A stretch of DNA of 32,000 bases, from assembly GCF_000757865.1 (NCBI RefSeq), contig NZ_CP007754.1:510001-542000 (forward strand), in the 5' to 3' direction. The notes beneath the pieces were generated by a model that saw only the letters and a program-made list of their open reading frames with translations, was not told the origin of the DNA and did not search any database. The DNA comes from Prochlorococcus sp. MIT 0801 (GTDB taxonomy: Bacteria > Cyanobacteriota > Cyanobacteriia > PCC-6307 > Cyanobiaceae). The translations under genes were made by a program, and so were the position numbers. Of this stretch, positions 16,803 to 26,916 are shown piece after piece. Numbering within the stretch: position 1 is the stretch's first letter; every line of letters begins with the position of its first letter.

Positions 16803-18332
16803 TTGTCAAAGTCTGCTTGGCAGCTTTTGGGTGATTACCTAAAAGATACGCAGTTATTGGGATCGATACAAAGCACTCTGTACTGGGATCAAAATACATC
16901 TATGCCTATTGCTGGTTCCACTTGGAGAGGAGAGCAATTAAGTCTTTTAGCTAAGCAACTTCATGCAAGACAAAGTTCTGAACAGTTCGAACTTTTAATA
17001 AAAGAAGCTAAATCTGAACTTCAAAATTTCAAAGAAAAAGACGATTTTGAATCACAACTCATGACAGATAGGTTTAGAAATATTGAGTTGCTTGAGCAAG
17101 ATTTCAATAGACAGAAAAGTTTGGATCCTCAATTGGTTGCTGCGCTTGCAACAGCAAAGTCTGAAGGTTATATGTGTTGGCAGGAAGCTAGGAAAAATAA
17201 AGATTTCAAAAGTTTTTCTCCTTCGCTTAAGAAATTAATTGCATTACGAACAGAACAATCCAATCAGCTCTGTGAAGAAAGAAGTTGCTGGGAGACACTT
17301 GCCCAGCCTTTTGAACCGAACTTAACGATTAATCGTTTAAGCGAACTATTTGAACCTTTAAAAAAAAGATTGCCAGAATTGATTCAGAAGGTTGAGACAA
17401 TAACCAACAAAAAGAGTAAAAAATGGGATTTAACAATTGGTGATCAAGAAAAACTATGTCAAATACTTTTAAATGATTGGTCTAGAGATCCTTCTAATAC
17501 CGCTATAGCTAAGTCCCCTCATCCATTCTCCATAACTTTAGGTCCGGATGATTATCGAATTACTACTCGAATAGTTAAAGGTCAGCCACTTTCTTGCTTA
17601 TTAGCTACTGCCCATGAGTGGGGGCACTCTCTTTATGAACAAGGCTTACCCTCTGAAAGTCACCAATGGTTTGCATGGCCGTTAGGTCAAGCAACCTCTA
17701 TGGCTGTACATGAGAGTCAATCTCTGTTTTGGGAAAATAGAATTGCTAGGAGCTTTTCATTTGCAAAGTCTTTTTGGCATCACTTTGAGAATGCAGGTGC
17801 TCCAATTCACTCTGGAAATGATTTATGGATCAATCTAAATCCATTTACTCCAGGATTGAATCGAGTAGAGGCCGATGAACTTAGTTATGGCTTGCACATA
17901 ATGATTAGGACTGACTTGGAAATTGATCTTCTCGAGAGAGGGCTTTCTGTCGACGATCTGCCTAATGAATGGAATAAAAGGTATTTGAACCTTTTAGGTG
18001 TTTCGCCAGAAAATGATACTGAAGGATGTTTGCAAGATGTGCACTGGAGTGAGGGGATGTTTGGTTATTTTCCTTCTTATTTGCTTGGTCATCTTATTAG
18101 CGCTCAGTTAACAAAAACTCTTGAAGAAGATTTAGGAGGAATTGAAAATATTATTGAATCTAAGCAAATCAGTAAAATATTGGGTTGGCTTCGTAAAAAT
18201 GTTCATCATTATGGTAGAAGTTTAGATTCCGAGGAACTTGTAAAGAAGGTCTCTGGAGCAAAATTATCACCAACTTATTTTCTTGAATACTTAGATAATA
18301 AACTTGAAAAGCTTTCTACTATTTCTGAGTAA
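16803..18332 (+). CDS. M32 family metallocarboxypeptidase (carboxypeptidase Taq-like)
   Basis: HPF motif (SPHPFS), DDYRITTR, zinc motif HEWGH, VHESQSLFWEN, IRTDLE, GCLQDVHW. The start is TTG at 16803; there is no upstream in-frame ATG. Confidence 0.92.
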   Translation: MSKSAWQLLGDYLKDTQLLGSIQSTLYWDQNTSMPIAGSTWRGEQLSLLAKQLHARQSSEQFELLIKEAKSELQNFKEKDDFESQLMTDRFRNIELLEQDFNRQKSLDPQLVAALATAKSEGYMCWQEARKNKDFKSFSPSLKKLIALRTEQSNQLCEERSCWETLAQPFEPNLTINRLSELFEPLKKRLPELIQKVETITNKKSKKWDLTIGDQEKLCQILLNDWSRDPSNTAIAKSPHPFSITLGPDDYRITTRIVKGQPLSCLLATAHEWGHSLYEQGLPSESHQWFAWPLGQATSMAVHESQSLFWENRIARSFSFAKSFWHHFENAGAPIHSGNDLWINLNPFTPGLNRVEADELSYGLHIMIRTDLEIDLLERGLSVDDLPNEWNKRYLNLLGVSPENDTEGCLQDVHWSEGMFGYFPSYLLGHLISAQLTKTLEEDLGGIENIIESKQISKILGWLRKNVHHYGRSLDSEELVKKVSGAKLSPTYFLEYLDNKLEKLSTISE

Positions 18333-18460
18333 TATAGACATATATTGCCCAAAAAGATTTAGTGGAGCATATCTTTTGTTGAAACTTTTCTAAATTATCT
18401 GCCACAACTTCATTTGCATTTACTGTGTTGATTTACCATGTAAGAACATAAAAAAATACC

Positions 18461-19048
18461 ATGGCTAACCTTGACCAAGCACCTAGCAGAACAATGCCTA
18501 ATCTGCTTCATGTATTACCTGCGTTTGCCAATGAATCTGAACTTAGAGTCAATACAATCGTTGAGTTAAATTCAAATACAATAAATAAATACGAACTTAT
18601 TACTGAAACAGGACATCTAAAGCTTGATCGGGTTGGATATTCTTCTCTGGCCTACCCTTTTGCTTATGGGTGTCTTCCACGTACATGGGATGAAGACGGA
18701 GACCCATTAGATATCGAAATTGTGAATGTTACAGAGCCTTTGGTCCCCGGTTCAATTGTTGAGGCAAGGATTATAGGAATAATGACTTTTGATGATGGAG
18801 GTGAAGTTGACGACAAAGTTATTGGTGTGATAGCCGATGACAAGAGGATGGATCACATTCAAAGCTTTGAGCAATTAGGTAAGCATTGGATTAATGAAAC
18901 AACTTATTATTGGGAGCATTACAAGGATCTAAAAAAACCAGGAACTTGTACCGTCAATGGTTTCTTTGGTGTTGAAAAAGCAGTTCAGATTATTAAATCC
19001 TGTGAGGAGCGTTACTTATCTGAAATAGATCCTAATTTAATTAATTAA
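18461..19048 (+). CDS. ppa: Inorganic pyrophosphatase (family I)
   Basis: YPFAYGCLPRTWDEDGDPLDI... and DDGGEVDDKVIGV... are family I PPase active-site segments. Confidence 0.93.
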   Translation: MANLDQAPSRTMPNLLHVLPAFANESELRVNTIVELNSNTINKYELITETGHLKLDRVGYSSLAYPFAYGCLPRTWDEDGDPLDIEIVNVTEPLVPGSIVEARIIGIMTFDDGGEVDDKVIGVIADDKRMDHIQSFEQLGKHWINETTYYWEHYKDLKKPGTCTVNGFFGVEKAVQIIKSCEERYLSEIDPNLIN

Positions 19049-19063
19049 ATTAGGATGAATGAT

Positions 19064-20011
19064 TTAGGCTCTTGCAGACTTGAATATCTCTTCTAATATT
19101 TCTCCTGCTCCACGGCCCTTTAATTCATTGGCTAAGTCTATGCCTATTTCCTCTGCAGAGCTTACCGATCCTTTTTTTATATCTCTAATTAATCTTTTAC
19201 CATCTAAACTTGCGACCATCCCTTCAAGAATTAATTCATCGTTGTTAATTTCCGTTCTAACGCCTATTGGAACTTGACATCCTCCTTCAAGCTCTCTGAG
19301 GAAAGACCTTTCTGCTAAACATCTTTTAGATGTTGATTCGTGTTCAAGTGTTTTTAAAATATCTAGGACTTCTTTTTGACCACTTACACATTCAATGCCA
19401 AGAGCTCCCTGTCCCACAGCATGGAGTGAAATATCTGTTGGAATTAACTGGTGTATTCGATTAGCAAAACCAAGTCTTTGTAATCCAGCAGCAGCTAAGA
19501 TAAGACAGTCATATTCTCCTGAGTCAAGCTTTTCTAATCGTGTAATAACATTTCCTCGTACATCTTTGAAAACAAGATGTGGATAATGATATCGCAATTG
19601 AGCAAGCCTTCTTAAGGAACTAGTCCCCACTACAGAACCTTCTGGCAGAGTCTCTAGTTTGTGAATTTGATTTTTCTCATTAACGACTAACGCGTCTGAA
19701 GGATCTTCCCTTTCTGTGATGCAGCCAAGAATTAAGCCATTTGGAAGGTTCGTGGGTAAATCCTTAAGTGAGTGGACTGCAATTTCGGCATGCCCAAGAA
19801 GCATTTGAGCTTCAAGCTCTTTAGTAAAAAGACCTTTATCTCCTATTTTTGCTAATGCTACATCAAGTATTTTGTCACCCTGCGTAGCCATTGCTTCGAT
19901 AGTGATAGCAAGATCAGGATGTGCTTTTTGTAGTTCATCTCGTACCCAGTTCGTCTGAACCATGGCCAGCTGGCTTCGGCGAGAGGCGATGCGCAGTTGG
20001 TCTAGTGTCAT
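19064..20011 (-). CDS. hemC: Porphobilinogen deaminase (hydroxymethylbilane synthase)
   Basis: [42 protein letters not shown] and CQVPIG (cofactor cysteine region). I prefer ATG at 20011 ([11 protein letters not shown]...). The track's TTG at 20017 adds 2 aa. Confidence 0.95.
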   Translation of the reverse strand: MTLDQLRIASRRSQLAMVQTNWVRDELQKAHPDLAITIEAMATQGDKILDVALAKIGDKGLFTKELEAQMLLGHAEIAVHSLKDLPTNLPNGLILGCITEREDPSDALVVNEKNQIHKLETLPEGSVVGTSSLRRLAQLRYHYPHLVFKDVRGNVITRLEKLDSGEYDCLILAAAGLQRLGFANRIHQLIPTDISLHAVGQGALGIECVSGQKEVLDILKTLEHESTSKRCLAERSFLRELEGGCQVPIGVRTEINNDELILEGMVASLDGKRLIRDIKKGSVSSAEEIGIDLANELKGRGAGEILEEIFKSARA

Positions 20012-20171
20012 TAGCAAATATTTTCTATTTCTTTACCTTAAGCAGTCAACCTTACCAAATTAAAATTCTTGGAAAATAATTTAATAAGGTTGATGTGAAA
20101 TGAAATCTATGACCTAAACAATTATTTGTATTTGTTGCTTGGGAAAGTAAAGCTTATTTAGTTTAATTTTT

Positions 20172-21434
20172 TTAATTTAGCTTGATATATTCTTTAAGAA
20201 CCCCGTTTCTATTTGGATGGCGGAGTTTTCTGAGAGCCTTAGCCTCTATTTGTCTAATCCTCTCTCTAGTTACATCAAAAATTTGTCCAATTTCTTCAAG
20301 GGTTTTCATTCTTCCATCATCTAGGCCATAACGAAGTCTTAGAACATCCCTCTCTCTGGGACTTAATGTAGCGAGAACACCCTCCAAATCTTCTCTTAAT
20401 AAGGTTTTTGCGACATCTTGTTCGGGATTTTCTATGTCTGCTTCAATAAAGTCACCAAGTCTAGAGTCTTCTTCTTTGCCAATAGGGGTCTCAAGAGAAA
20501 TGGGGAGCTGAGCGCTTTTGGCAATGAATCTGAGTTTCTCAATCGTCATTTCCATGCTTTCGGCAATTTCTTCCTCGGTTGGTTTCCTTCCAAACTCTTG
20601 ACTTAAAACTTTAGTGGTTTTCTTGATCCTTGAAATTGTTTCGTATAGATGCACAGGCAAACGAATTGTTCTGCTTTGATCTGCAATTGCTCTAGTGATA
20701 GCCTGTCTTATCCACCAAGTAGCGTAAGTTGAGAATTTATAACCTTTCTCATGATCAAATTTTTCAGCAGCACGAATTAGACCAAGACTCCCTTCCTGAA
20801 TAAGATCTTGAAAAGACAACCCTCTATTCATATATTTCTTGGCAATTGAAACTACTAATCGTAGATTCGATTGCACCATTTTTTCTTTTGCTCGTCTACC
20901 AAGCATTAATCGCCTGCGGAAGCGAGTTAATGGCATTTCTGCAAGAACTGCCCATTCTTTGACTGATGGGAAATGTCCATTCTCACTTTCAAATTGCGCA
21001 GCTTCTTCCTCTAATTGAAGAAGATCTGCTATCTTTCTGGCTAATTCAATTTCTTCGTCTGGTCTGAGAAGTCTTATACGACCAATCTCTTGTAGATAAA
21101 CCCTAATCGAGTCTTCTGTGTAAACACCCTTTGGTCCTATCTTTATACTTGCTAAGGCTTTAGCTGCTGCTTCTTGAGCACTCGACAGCACAGAGGCATT
21201 ATCGTCATCATCATCTAAATCGATATCAGCTTCAGGGACTTTATTAGCTTCGGCAATTAATTTATCCGCCTCAAGATCTAAATCAATTTTTAGATCAGTT
21301 GAAGATTCTTGAGAAAGAGTTTGGGTTTCTTGGGTCACGTTTACTTTGGCAACTGTTTTTTTAATTTTTTTGGAATTGTTTTTAGTTTCCTGATTAATAG
21401 AAATATTTTTAGATGTCTGTTTTTCCTTTAACAT
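20172..21434 (-). CDS. rpoD: Principal (group 1) RNA polymerase sigma factor
   Basis: 420 aa. It has an acidic N-terminal region, region 2 ([53 protein letters not shown]), regions 3 and 4 ([30 protein letters not shown]), and the cyanobacterial SigA-type C-terminus. Confidence 0.95.
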   Translation of the reverse strand: MLKEKQTSKNISINQETKNNSKKIKKTVAKVNVTQETQTLSQESSTDLKIDLDLEADKLIAEANKVPEADIDLDDDDDNASVLSSAQEAAAKALASIKIGPKGVYTEDSIRVYLQEIGRIRLLRPDEEIELARKIADLLQLEEEAAQFESENGHFPSVKEWAVLAEMPLTRFRRRLMLGRRAKEKMVQSNLRLVVSIAKKYMNRGLSFQDLIQEGSLGLIRAAEKFDHEKGYKFSTYATWWIRQAITRAIADQSRTIRLPVHLYETISRIKKTTKVLSQEFGRKPTEEEIAESMEMTIEKLRFIAKSAQLPISLETPIGKEEDSRLGDFIEADIENPEQDVAKTLLREDLEGVLATLSPRERDVLRLRYGLDDGRMKTLEEIGQIFDVTRERIRQIEAKALRKLRHPNRNGVLKEYIKLN

Positions 21435-21846
21435 GATTTCCCCGATGGTTTTGTGGTCTGTTGCAGAACTCAGGTTATTACCCGAAAAAATGGTCGGAAT
21501 CTCCTAGAGATAATATTTCAGGAAAAACTATTTAATTGGTAAAATTTCAACAAAAGCACTCTAATTTGAGATTGTCCTTAATTGTGATAAATCTTGCGAA
21601 AAATCACATGAAATCAATATGGACTTGAATTTATGAAGGATGTTTTGTTGAAGAATGGAAATGTGTAAGCAACGAAGTCAGGGGATTTCTCAGACCGGCT
21701 TATCTCAGAATTGGATTTTTCCTATTCTTGATAAAGCTTCTAGTCTTCCCTCTGGGTGGAATTTTGCAAGTTCCACAACAGCTTTAAAGCTGTTCACTAT
21801 CTAATGGTAGAAAAAATTTCTAAAGTCGGCAAGTATTAAAAAAGAT

Positions 21847-24090
21847 ATGAATCCTTTTGTATTTGATATTTGGTTACATGTAGGTCGTGAAGGCCGATGT
21901 TTTTCTTATCAAGATGGAAATAATTTAGATATTGATTTAGGCGATGTTGTTACAGTGCGTCTGAGAGGGCAAAGCATGCAAGGGTTGGTCGTCAAGAAGA
22001 TGAAAAAAAATATAACTAGTACACACCAAAATTTAAATAATTTTTCGCTGAATAATGTAGAAACATTGGTTCAAAAAGCAGCTATTAAAAAAGAATGGAG
22101 AGAGTGGCTAGAAGAAATTGCTCTTGATTTATATGTAAGTGATTTTCAGATGCTTAAGACCGCGTTACCGCCTGGTTGGTTAGGAAGGTCGAAACTATCG
22201 AATAGACCTAAAAAACTCTGGTGGGTAAAATTGTCTAGCAATAATCGTGAGGGAAAGATATCTTCTCGACAGATTGAGTTAAAGAAAAATCTTCTCTTAA
22301 ATGGAGGAGGGAAATGGCAAAAGGATTTGGAGGCTGAAGGATTTTCGTCTGTATTGATTAGAAACTTTGTCTCAGTTGGTTTCGGAGAAAGAGAAAAACG
22401 TCTTTTTCTTTTTAATTCTTTTGATAATGAAGAATCTGATGATAAAAAGATTTTAAAGATTGAGGAACCTCAACCTTTAACGCTAGAGCAAAAATTAGCA
22501 AAAGAAAAATATGAGTCTCTTTCAAATGGTTCAGTTCTTTTGCTTTGGGGTGTTACTGGGTCTGGTAAGACAGAGGTATACCTACAAATTGCAGCGCTTG
22601 AGTTATCTAAAAGTAGACATTGTCTTATCCTAACACCCGAAATTGGGTTAGTACCACAATTAGTTGATCGCTTTCGAAAAAGATTTGGGTTAAATGTTTT
22701 TGAATATCATAGTAATTGTTCTACGAAAGAGAAAATTGAGACATGGAAGAGAGCTTTAGATAACACAAAGCCTAGTGTTTTTATTGGTACTCGATCAGCT
22801 GTTTTTCTACCATTATCCAGCTTAGGAGTGATAGTTCTTGATGAAGAACACGATAGCTCTTATAAACAGGAATCCCCTATGCCTTGCTATCATGCTAGAG
22901 AATTGGCAATTCATAGAGCAAAAAAAATAGGCGCTAAAGTAATACTTGGGACAGCAACACCATCTTTAAATGTTTGGAAAAATTTAAAACCCAATGGAAA
23001 TGTAGTTGTTGCAAAATTAACCCAAAGGATTTCGAATCGTAAATTACCAACGGTTAGAGTCGTAGACATGAGAGAAGAATTAGCGATTGGAAATCGAAGC
23101 TTAATTAGTAGATATCTCAAAAAACAACTTTTGAGTATAAAAGAGAGTGGAAATCAAGCTATTATTTTAGTCCCTAGACGTGGATATAGTAGTTTTTTAA
23201 GTTGCCGCAGTTGTGGAGAGGTCGTTCAATGTCCACATTGTGATGTTGCGCTAACTGTACATCGTTCTAAAGAGGGTAATCAATGGTTGCGTTGTCATTG
23301 GTGTGACTTTCGTTCGAAAATTAGTGATAAATGTGGAGAATGTGGTTCAAATGCTTTTAAACCGTTTGGGACTGGAACACAAAGAGTTATGGATCATTTA
23401 GAAAGAGAACTAGAGGGGATAAGGTTATTAAGGTTTGATAGAGATACAACTAGAGGCCGTGATGGCCATAGATTGTTGCTAGAAAGATTTGCTGATGGTG
23501 AGGCCGATATTTTAGTAGGTACTCAGATGCTATCTAAGGGAATGGATTTACCAAAGGTAACTCTTGCCGTCGTCTTAGCAGCAGATGGTTTATTGCATCG
23601 TCCTGCTTTAATGGCTACTGAAGAAACGCTTCAACTATTTATGCAATTGGCTGGTCGTGCAGGGCGAGGTGAACAACCTGGAAAGGTTGTAGTGCAAACT
23701 TATTGTCCTGATCATCCAGTGATTCTTCATTTGATTGATGGGAGTTATGAAGAATTTCTGAAAAAAGAAGAAAAGACTAGAAAAGAAGCCTCGATGGTTC
23801 CATACAGTCGAGCCTGCTTAATAAGGTTCTCTGGCGAATCTTCAGAGTTGACATCACAGGGAGCATTTGATGTTTTATCAAAAATAAAGAATGCTTGCAG
23901 TCAAAAAGGTTGGAAATTAGTCGGTCCAGCACCTTCATTAGTAGAGAAGGTTGCAGGTAAAAGCCGTTGGCAACTTCTTTTGTACGGTCCAGAATTAAGT
24001 CATATACCACTCCCTTATGGGCCTGAATTATGGAAAGATTTGCCAAAAGGAGTAAGTCTTTCTATTGATCCTGATCCTTTACAATTATGA
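21847..24090 (+). CDS. priA: Primosomal protein N' (replication restart helicase PriA)
   Basis: Walker A GVTGSGKTEVY, DEEH box, Cys-rich zinc motif CRSCGEVVQCPHCDVALTVH...LRCHWCDF...CGECGS, and QLAGRAGRG. Confidence 0.95.
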   Translation: MNPFVFDIWLHVGREGRCFSYQDGNNLDIDLGDVVTVRLRGQSMQGLVVKKMKKNITSTHQNLNNFSLNNVETLVQKAAIKKEWREWLEEIALDLYVSDFQMLKTALPPGWLGRSKLSNRPKKLWWVKLSSNNREGKISSRQIELKKNLLLNGGGKWQKDLEAEGFSSVLIRNFVSVGFGEREKRLFLFNSFDNEESDDKKILKIEEPQPLTLEQKLAKEKYESLSNGSVLLLWGVTGSGKTEVYLQIAALELSKSRHCLILTPEIGLVPQLVDRFRKRFGLNVFEYHSNCSTKEKIETWKRALDNTKPSVFIGTRSAVFLPLSSLGVIVLDEEHDSSYKQESPMPCYHARELAIHRAKKIGAKVILGTATPSLNVWKNLKPNGNVVVAKLTQRISNRKLPTVRVVDMREELAIGNRSLISRYLKKQLLSIKESGNQAIILVPRRGYSSFLSCRSCGEVVQCPHCDVALTVHRSKEGNQWLRCHWCDFRSKISDKCGECGSNAFKPFGTGTQRVMDHLERELEGIRLLRFDRDTTRGRDGHRLLLERFADGEADILVGTQMLSKGMDLPKVTLAVVLAADGLLHRPALMATEETLQLFMQLAGRAGRGEQPGKVVVQTYCPDHPVILHLIDGSYEEFLKKEEKTRKEASMVPYSRACLIRFSGESSELTSQGAFDVLSKIKNACSQKGWKLVGPAPSLVEKVAGKSRWQLLLYGPELSHIPLPYGPELWKDLPKGVSLSIDPDPLQL

Positions 24091-24102
24091 GCTTTATCAT
24101 CT

Positions 24103-25194
24103 TTAAGGTGGCAGTTCAGGGAAACCGAAGCCCATTTGGAGACGTAATCTTTGAAGGGATAAGCTCAACAAGGTTAAAGCAATTATCAAGATAATCCCAA
24201 CTGAAATTTGGTTCCATTTCCAATTTGAAATCTCAAGTTGGTTAATCTGTCCAATTTCAAGAGGAAAGAAAGTTAAACCTTGTTTTAAAATAGGTTCAAG
24301 AGGTTTGGTTTTGAAATTATTTTTATTGCCAATATCATGAATGACGATGTTTAGTTTTAATCCAGGAATTTTTGGGATTTCTCTCAAATCAAAATAGATC
24401 TTAAAATTTTGATTTGTACCAATTATCCAGTTTTTGTTGTTTGTAATTAGTTCAGGTTTATTTATACTGAATCCGCTAGTTTTTGAAGCTACTGAAACTA
24501 TTTCTTGAAGTAATTTATTTGCTTCCTCAAAACGAATAGTTGGTGATTCAAAATGCTGCTGATCCTCATGAGTTTGGAGCTTTAAGATACTATGCTTTTT
24601 AGTAAGATTATCTTCAAATTTTGTTTGCCATGGAATTGTTTCACCAGAATTACTATCTATATCAAGTGAAATCTTTAGTCGATCTGGACCTGTAACACTC
24701 AAGTTTGTTGATATATCAACGCAACCACTCAAAAGGAAGGTTAATAATAAAATAATTAATAAAGTTATTATTGAAAATCCAAAGTCTAGACTTTTTGTTG
24801 GACCAGTTGGAGGATGATAAATTTTTTTCCTCTTCTTTTTTGCTTTGCTAAATGAAGATTTTAGAGATGGCTCCATCTCTAGTTTTGGTATTTCTACTGA
24901 CCAGTTTGATGGTTTTGGTAAACGTGGAGAATCAAGTATTGATAAAAGCTGTTTAGCTTGTTGACGGACGCTTTCTTTTTTATTATGGATCAGTGTTTGA
25001 CAGATATTGATCGCCTTTTGTTCATCACCTTTTCCAATGTAGGCAGTAACTATAAGTAGCCTAAGTTGCCCTCCTATTTCTGTCTCTGCTTGAAAATGTA
25101 GAAGTAAAGGGTCAATTATTCTTATGCAAGTACCGTAGTCACCTTTATCAAGGGCCGCTTCAGTAGCTTTTATAGCTGAAGCTATATTTGACAT
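24103..25194 (-). CDS. Conserved hypothetical membrane protein. It has an N-terminal TPR-like soluble domain, a Lys-rich linker, a TM helix, a large extracytoplasmic domain and a C-terminal TM helix (possibly DUF3153-like; family name recalled from memory only)
   Basis: 363-aa ORF whose ATG (25194) directly abuts the argB stop codon (25195-25197). Hydrophobic segments lie at about aa 137-157 and near the C-terminus. Confidence 0.7.
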   Translation of the reverse strand: MSNIASAIKATEAALDKGDYGTCIRIIDPLLLHFQAETEIGGQLRLLIVTAYIGKGDEQKAINICQTLIHNKKESVRQQAKQLLSILDSPRLPKPSNWSVEIPKLEMEPSLKSSFSKAKKKRKKIYHPPTGPTKSLDFGFSIITLLIILLLTFLLSGCVDISTNLSVTGPDRLKISLDIDSNSGETIPWQTKFEDNLTKKHSILKLQTHEDQQHFESPTIRFEEANKLLQEIVSVASKTSGFSINKPELITNNKNWIIGTNQNFKIYFDLREIPKIPGLKLNIVIHDIGNKNNFKTKPLEPILKQGLTFFPLEIGQINQLEISNWKWNQISVGIILIIALTLLSLSLQRLRLQMGFGFPELPP

Positions 25195-26109
25195 TTAACC
25201 TCTACCCATAACCATTGTTCCAATACCTGCATCAGTGAAAACTTCTAAAAGTAGTGAGTGGGGAGTTCTTCCGTCAATGATATGAGCAGCATTCACACCC
25301 TGGGCAAGCGAACGTATACAACATTCAACTTTAGGTTTCATACCTGCTTTAACTATCCCTTTATCAATTAATTCTCTAGCTTCCGATAAACGTATCTTTT
25401 CTATTAAGGAAGAAGGATCATTTTCATTCTTTAAAATACCAGGGGTATCTGTTAGAAGGATTAATTTTTCGGCACCTAGTGCGGCCGCAAGCTCCCCAGC
25501 AACAGTATCAGCATTGATATTGTGTGATCTGCCATCAGAAGAGTTGGCTACGCTAGAAATGACTGGGACGTAACCTTCTTCGAGAAGAGGGCTCAATATC
25601 TTTGTATTTACTTTTGCAACTTCTCCAACAAGACCATGACTTCCACCTCCAAGCGTTCTTGCCTCAATAAGTCCGCCATCTATTCCACATAGTCCAACAG
25701 CCAATCTTCCGTGATTGTTTATTCCACTTACAATCTGTTTATTTACTCTTCCAGTAAGAACCATTTCTACGACATCCATGGTCTCGGTATCGGTAATACG
25801 TAAACCATCAAGAAAAACTGGTTTGATTCCTAATTTTTCTAACCATTGATTTATTTCTGGACCCCCACCATGAACGACTACTATTTGAACGCCAACAGAC
25901 GAGAGAAGAGCTAGATCTCTAAATACTGCATGTTGAAGTGTTTTATCTGCCATGGCTGAGCCACCATATTTGATTACGATTCTTTTATTTGCAAAACGCT
26001 GAATATAAGGAAGCGCCTCACTTAAGACAGAAACTCTTATTGAATCTTTGTCCGTGAAGGGTTTATTAATATTCTTACTGAGGTTAGCGTTTTTGTTTTC
26101 TTTATTCAT
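25195..26109 (-). CDS. argB: N-acetylglutamate kinase
   Basis: [60 protein letters not shown] and GTMV are AAK-family NAGK signatures. Confidence 0.96.
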   Translation of the reverse strand: MNKENKNANLSKNINKPFTDKDSIRVSVLSEALPYIQRFANKRIVIKYGGSAMADKTLQHAVFRDLALLSSVGVQIVVVHGGGPEINQWLEKLGIKPVFLDGLRITDTETMDVVEMVLTGRVNKQIVSGINNHGRLAVGLCGIDGGLIEARTLGGGSHGLVGEVAKVNTKILSPLLEEGYVPVISSVANSSDGRSHNINADTVAGELAAALGAEKLILLTDTPGILKNENDPSSLIEKIRLSEARELIDKGIVKAGMKPKVECCIRSLAQGVNAAHIIDGRTPHSLLLEVFTDAGIGTMVMGRG

Positions 26110-26665
26110 TTTCTTGTGGATTATCTTCTTGTTTTTGCGGAAGTAGGATTAAATCTATTGCACCGGGTGTGGGACAAAATAATTCAGCGCACAAACCTTT
26201 AGCAAAGAATCTTCCTAAACGTTCTTTTTGAGCATTCCATCTTTCTAAAGATACAGCAGCCATTTCAAATCTCATTCGTATTCCATAATTACCCTCTTTA
26301 ACCAACTCTTCTACTTCTAAAAGTTGGGGAGGATTGTCGATGTCCCAAAGCTTTAATACTCTTAGAGATGCTTCAAGTTGGCAAGATTGACCATAGCGCC
26401 ATCTAGTCACATCTTTAACTAGTTTTCCTAGCTCTTCAGGAGCTCCGTCTCTCTCTGAGGCAAACTTAGTTGCTGGAACTACTCTTAGGGCAGGCGGTAC
26501 CTCAGTCGTTTTTAGTGATATACCTATTAGAAAAATAGGTACTCCATAGAAGAAAGTAGGAACACTAAGGTTTGTTGCATCAGTGAAATAGGCTGTTAGG
26601 CCTATTAGAGAAAGGGATGCTCCTCCGATAGTGATGAGGCTTGCCGGTGAAAGTAGTTTATTCAT
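26102..26665 (-). CDS. Conserved hypothetical membrane protein with two N-terminal TM helices and a soluble C-terminal domain (possibly DUF2854-like; recalled from memory only)
   Basis: 187-aa ORF. Its stop overlaps the argB start by 8 nt (ATGAATAA). Confidence 0.7.
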   Translation of the reverse strand: MNKLLSPASLITIGGASLSLIGLTAYFTDATNLSVPTFFYGVPIFLIGISLKTTEVPPALRVVPATKFASERDGAPEELGKLVKDVTRWRYGQSCQLEASLRVLKLWDIDNPPQLLEVEELVKEGNYGIRMRFEMAAVSLERWNAQKERLGRFFAKGLCAELFCPTPGAIDLILLPQKQEDNPQENE

Positions 26666-26719
26666 GAGTGTGATTTTGGCTAAAATCTTGAGCAGATGGG
26701 TTTTTCAGGAGACAGTCTC

Positions 26720-26911
26720 ATGGCCTCACACCAAAAACAATTTTCTGAGTTAACTGAACTTGTTGAAAAATTAAACAAGGATAGAGCTTGGATCCTTGAA
26801 CAATTAGATAAGGGTAGCTGGCCTGAATTTAGACCTGATCTGGCAGCTTTGGAGAGAGAATTAGGTCAACTTTTAACTAGGGCTACAGAATACATTGAAG
26901 AAAATGGTTGA
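26720..26911 (+). CDS. Small hypothetical protein (63 aa from ATG 26720; the track start at 26696 is less likely)
   Basis: ATG 26720 is preceded by AGGAGA with 7-nt spacing. The sequence looks helical and charged (FSELTELVEKLNKDRAWILEQL...). I do not recognise the family. Confidence 0.55.
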   Translation: MASHQKQFSELTELVEKLNKDRAWILEQLDKGSWPEFRPDLAALERELGQLLTRATEYIEENG

Positions 26912-26916
26912 TTCTT

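Noticed and set aside
20012-20017. TTG start for hemC at 20017
   Set aside because: An in-frame ATG two codons downstream (20011) gives [11 protein letters not shown]..., matching typical HemC N-termini. The difference is only 2 aa and cannot be resolved from sequence alone.
21583-21608. TGTGAT-N14-ATCACA inverted repeat resembling a CRP-family (TGTGA-N6-TCACA) site in the sigA-priA spacer
   Set aside because: The half-sites are 16 nt apart between the TGTGA and TCACA cores, not 6. This does not fit CRP/NtcA-family dimers. I also found no GTA-N8-TAC NtcA site. The 6-bp arms could easily occur by chance.
26724-26731. CCTCACAC, an 8-nt match to the conserved single-stranded motif of the cyanobacterial sRNA Yfr1. 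Its complement on the minus strand could be a Yfr1 target site upstream of the argB operon
   Set aside because: About one 8-mer match is expected by chance in 64 kb of two-strand sequence. The flanks lack the two stem-loops of Yfr1, and the motif lies inside the small-ORF coding start.
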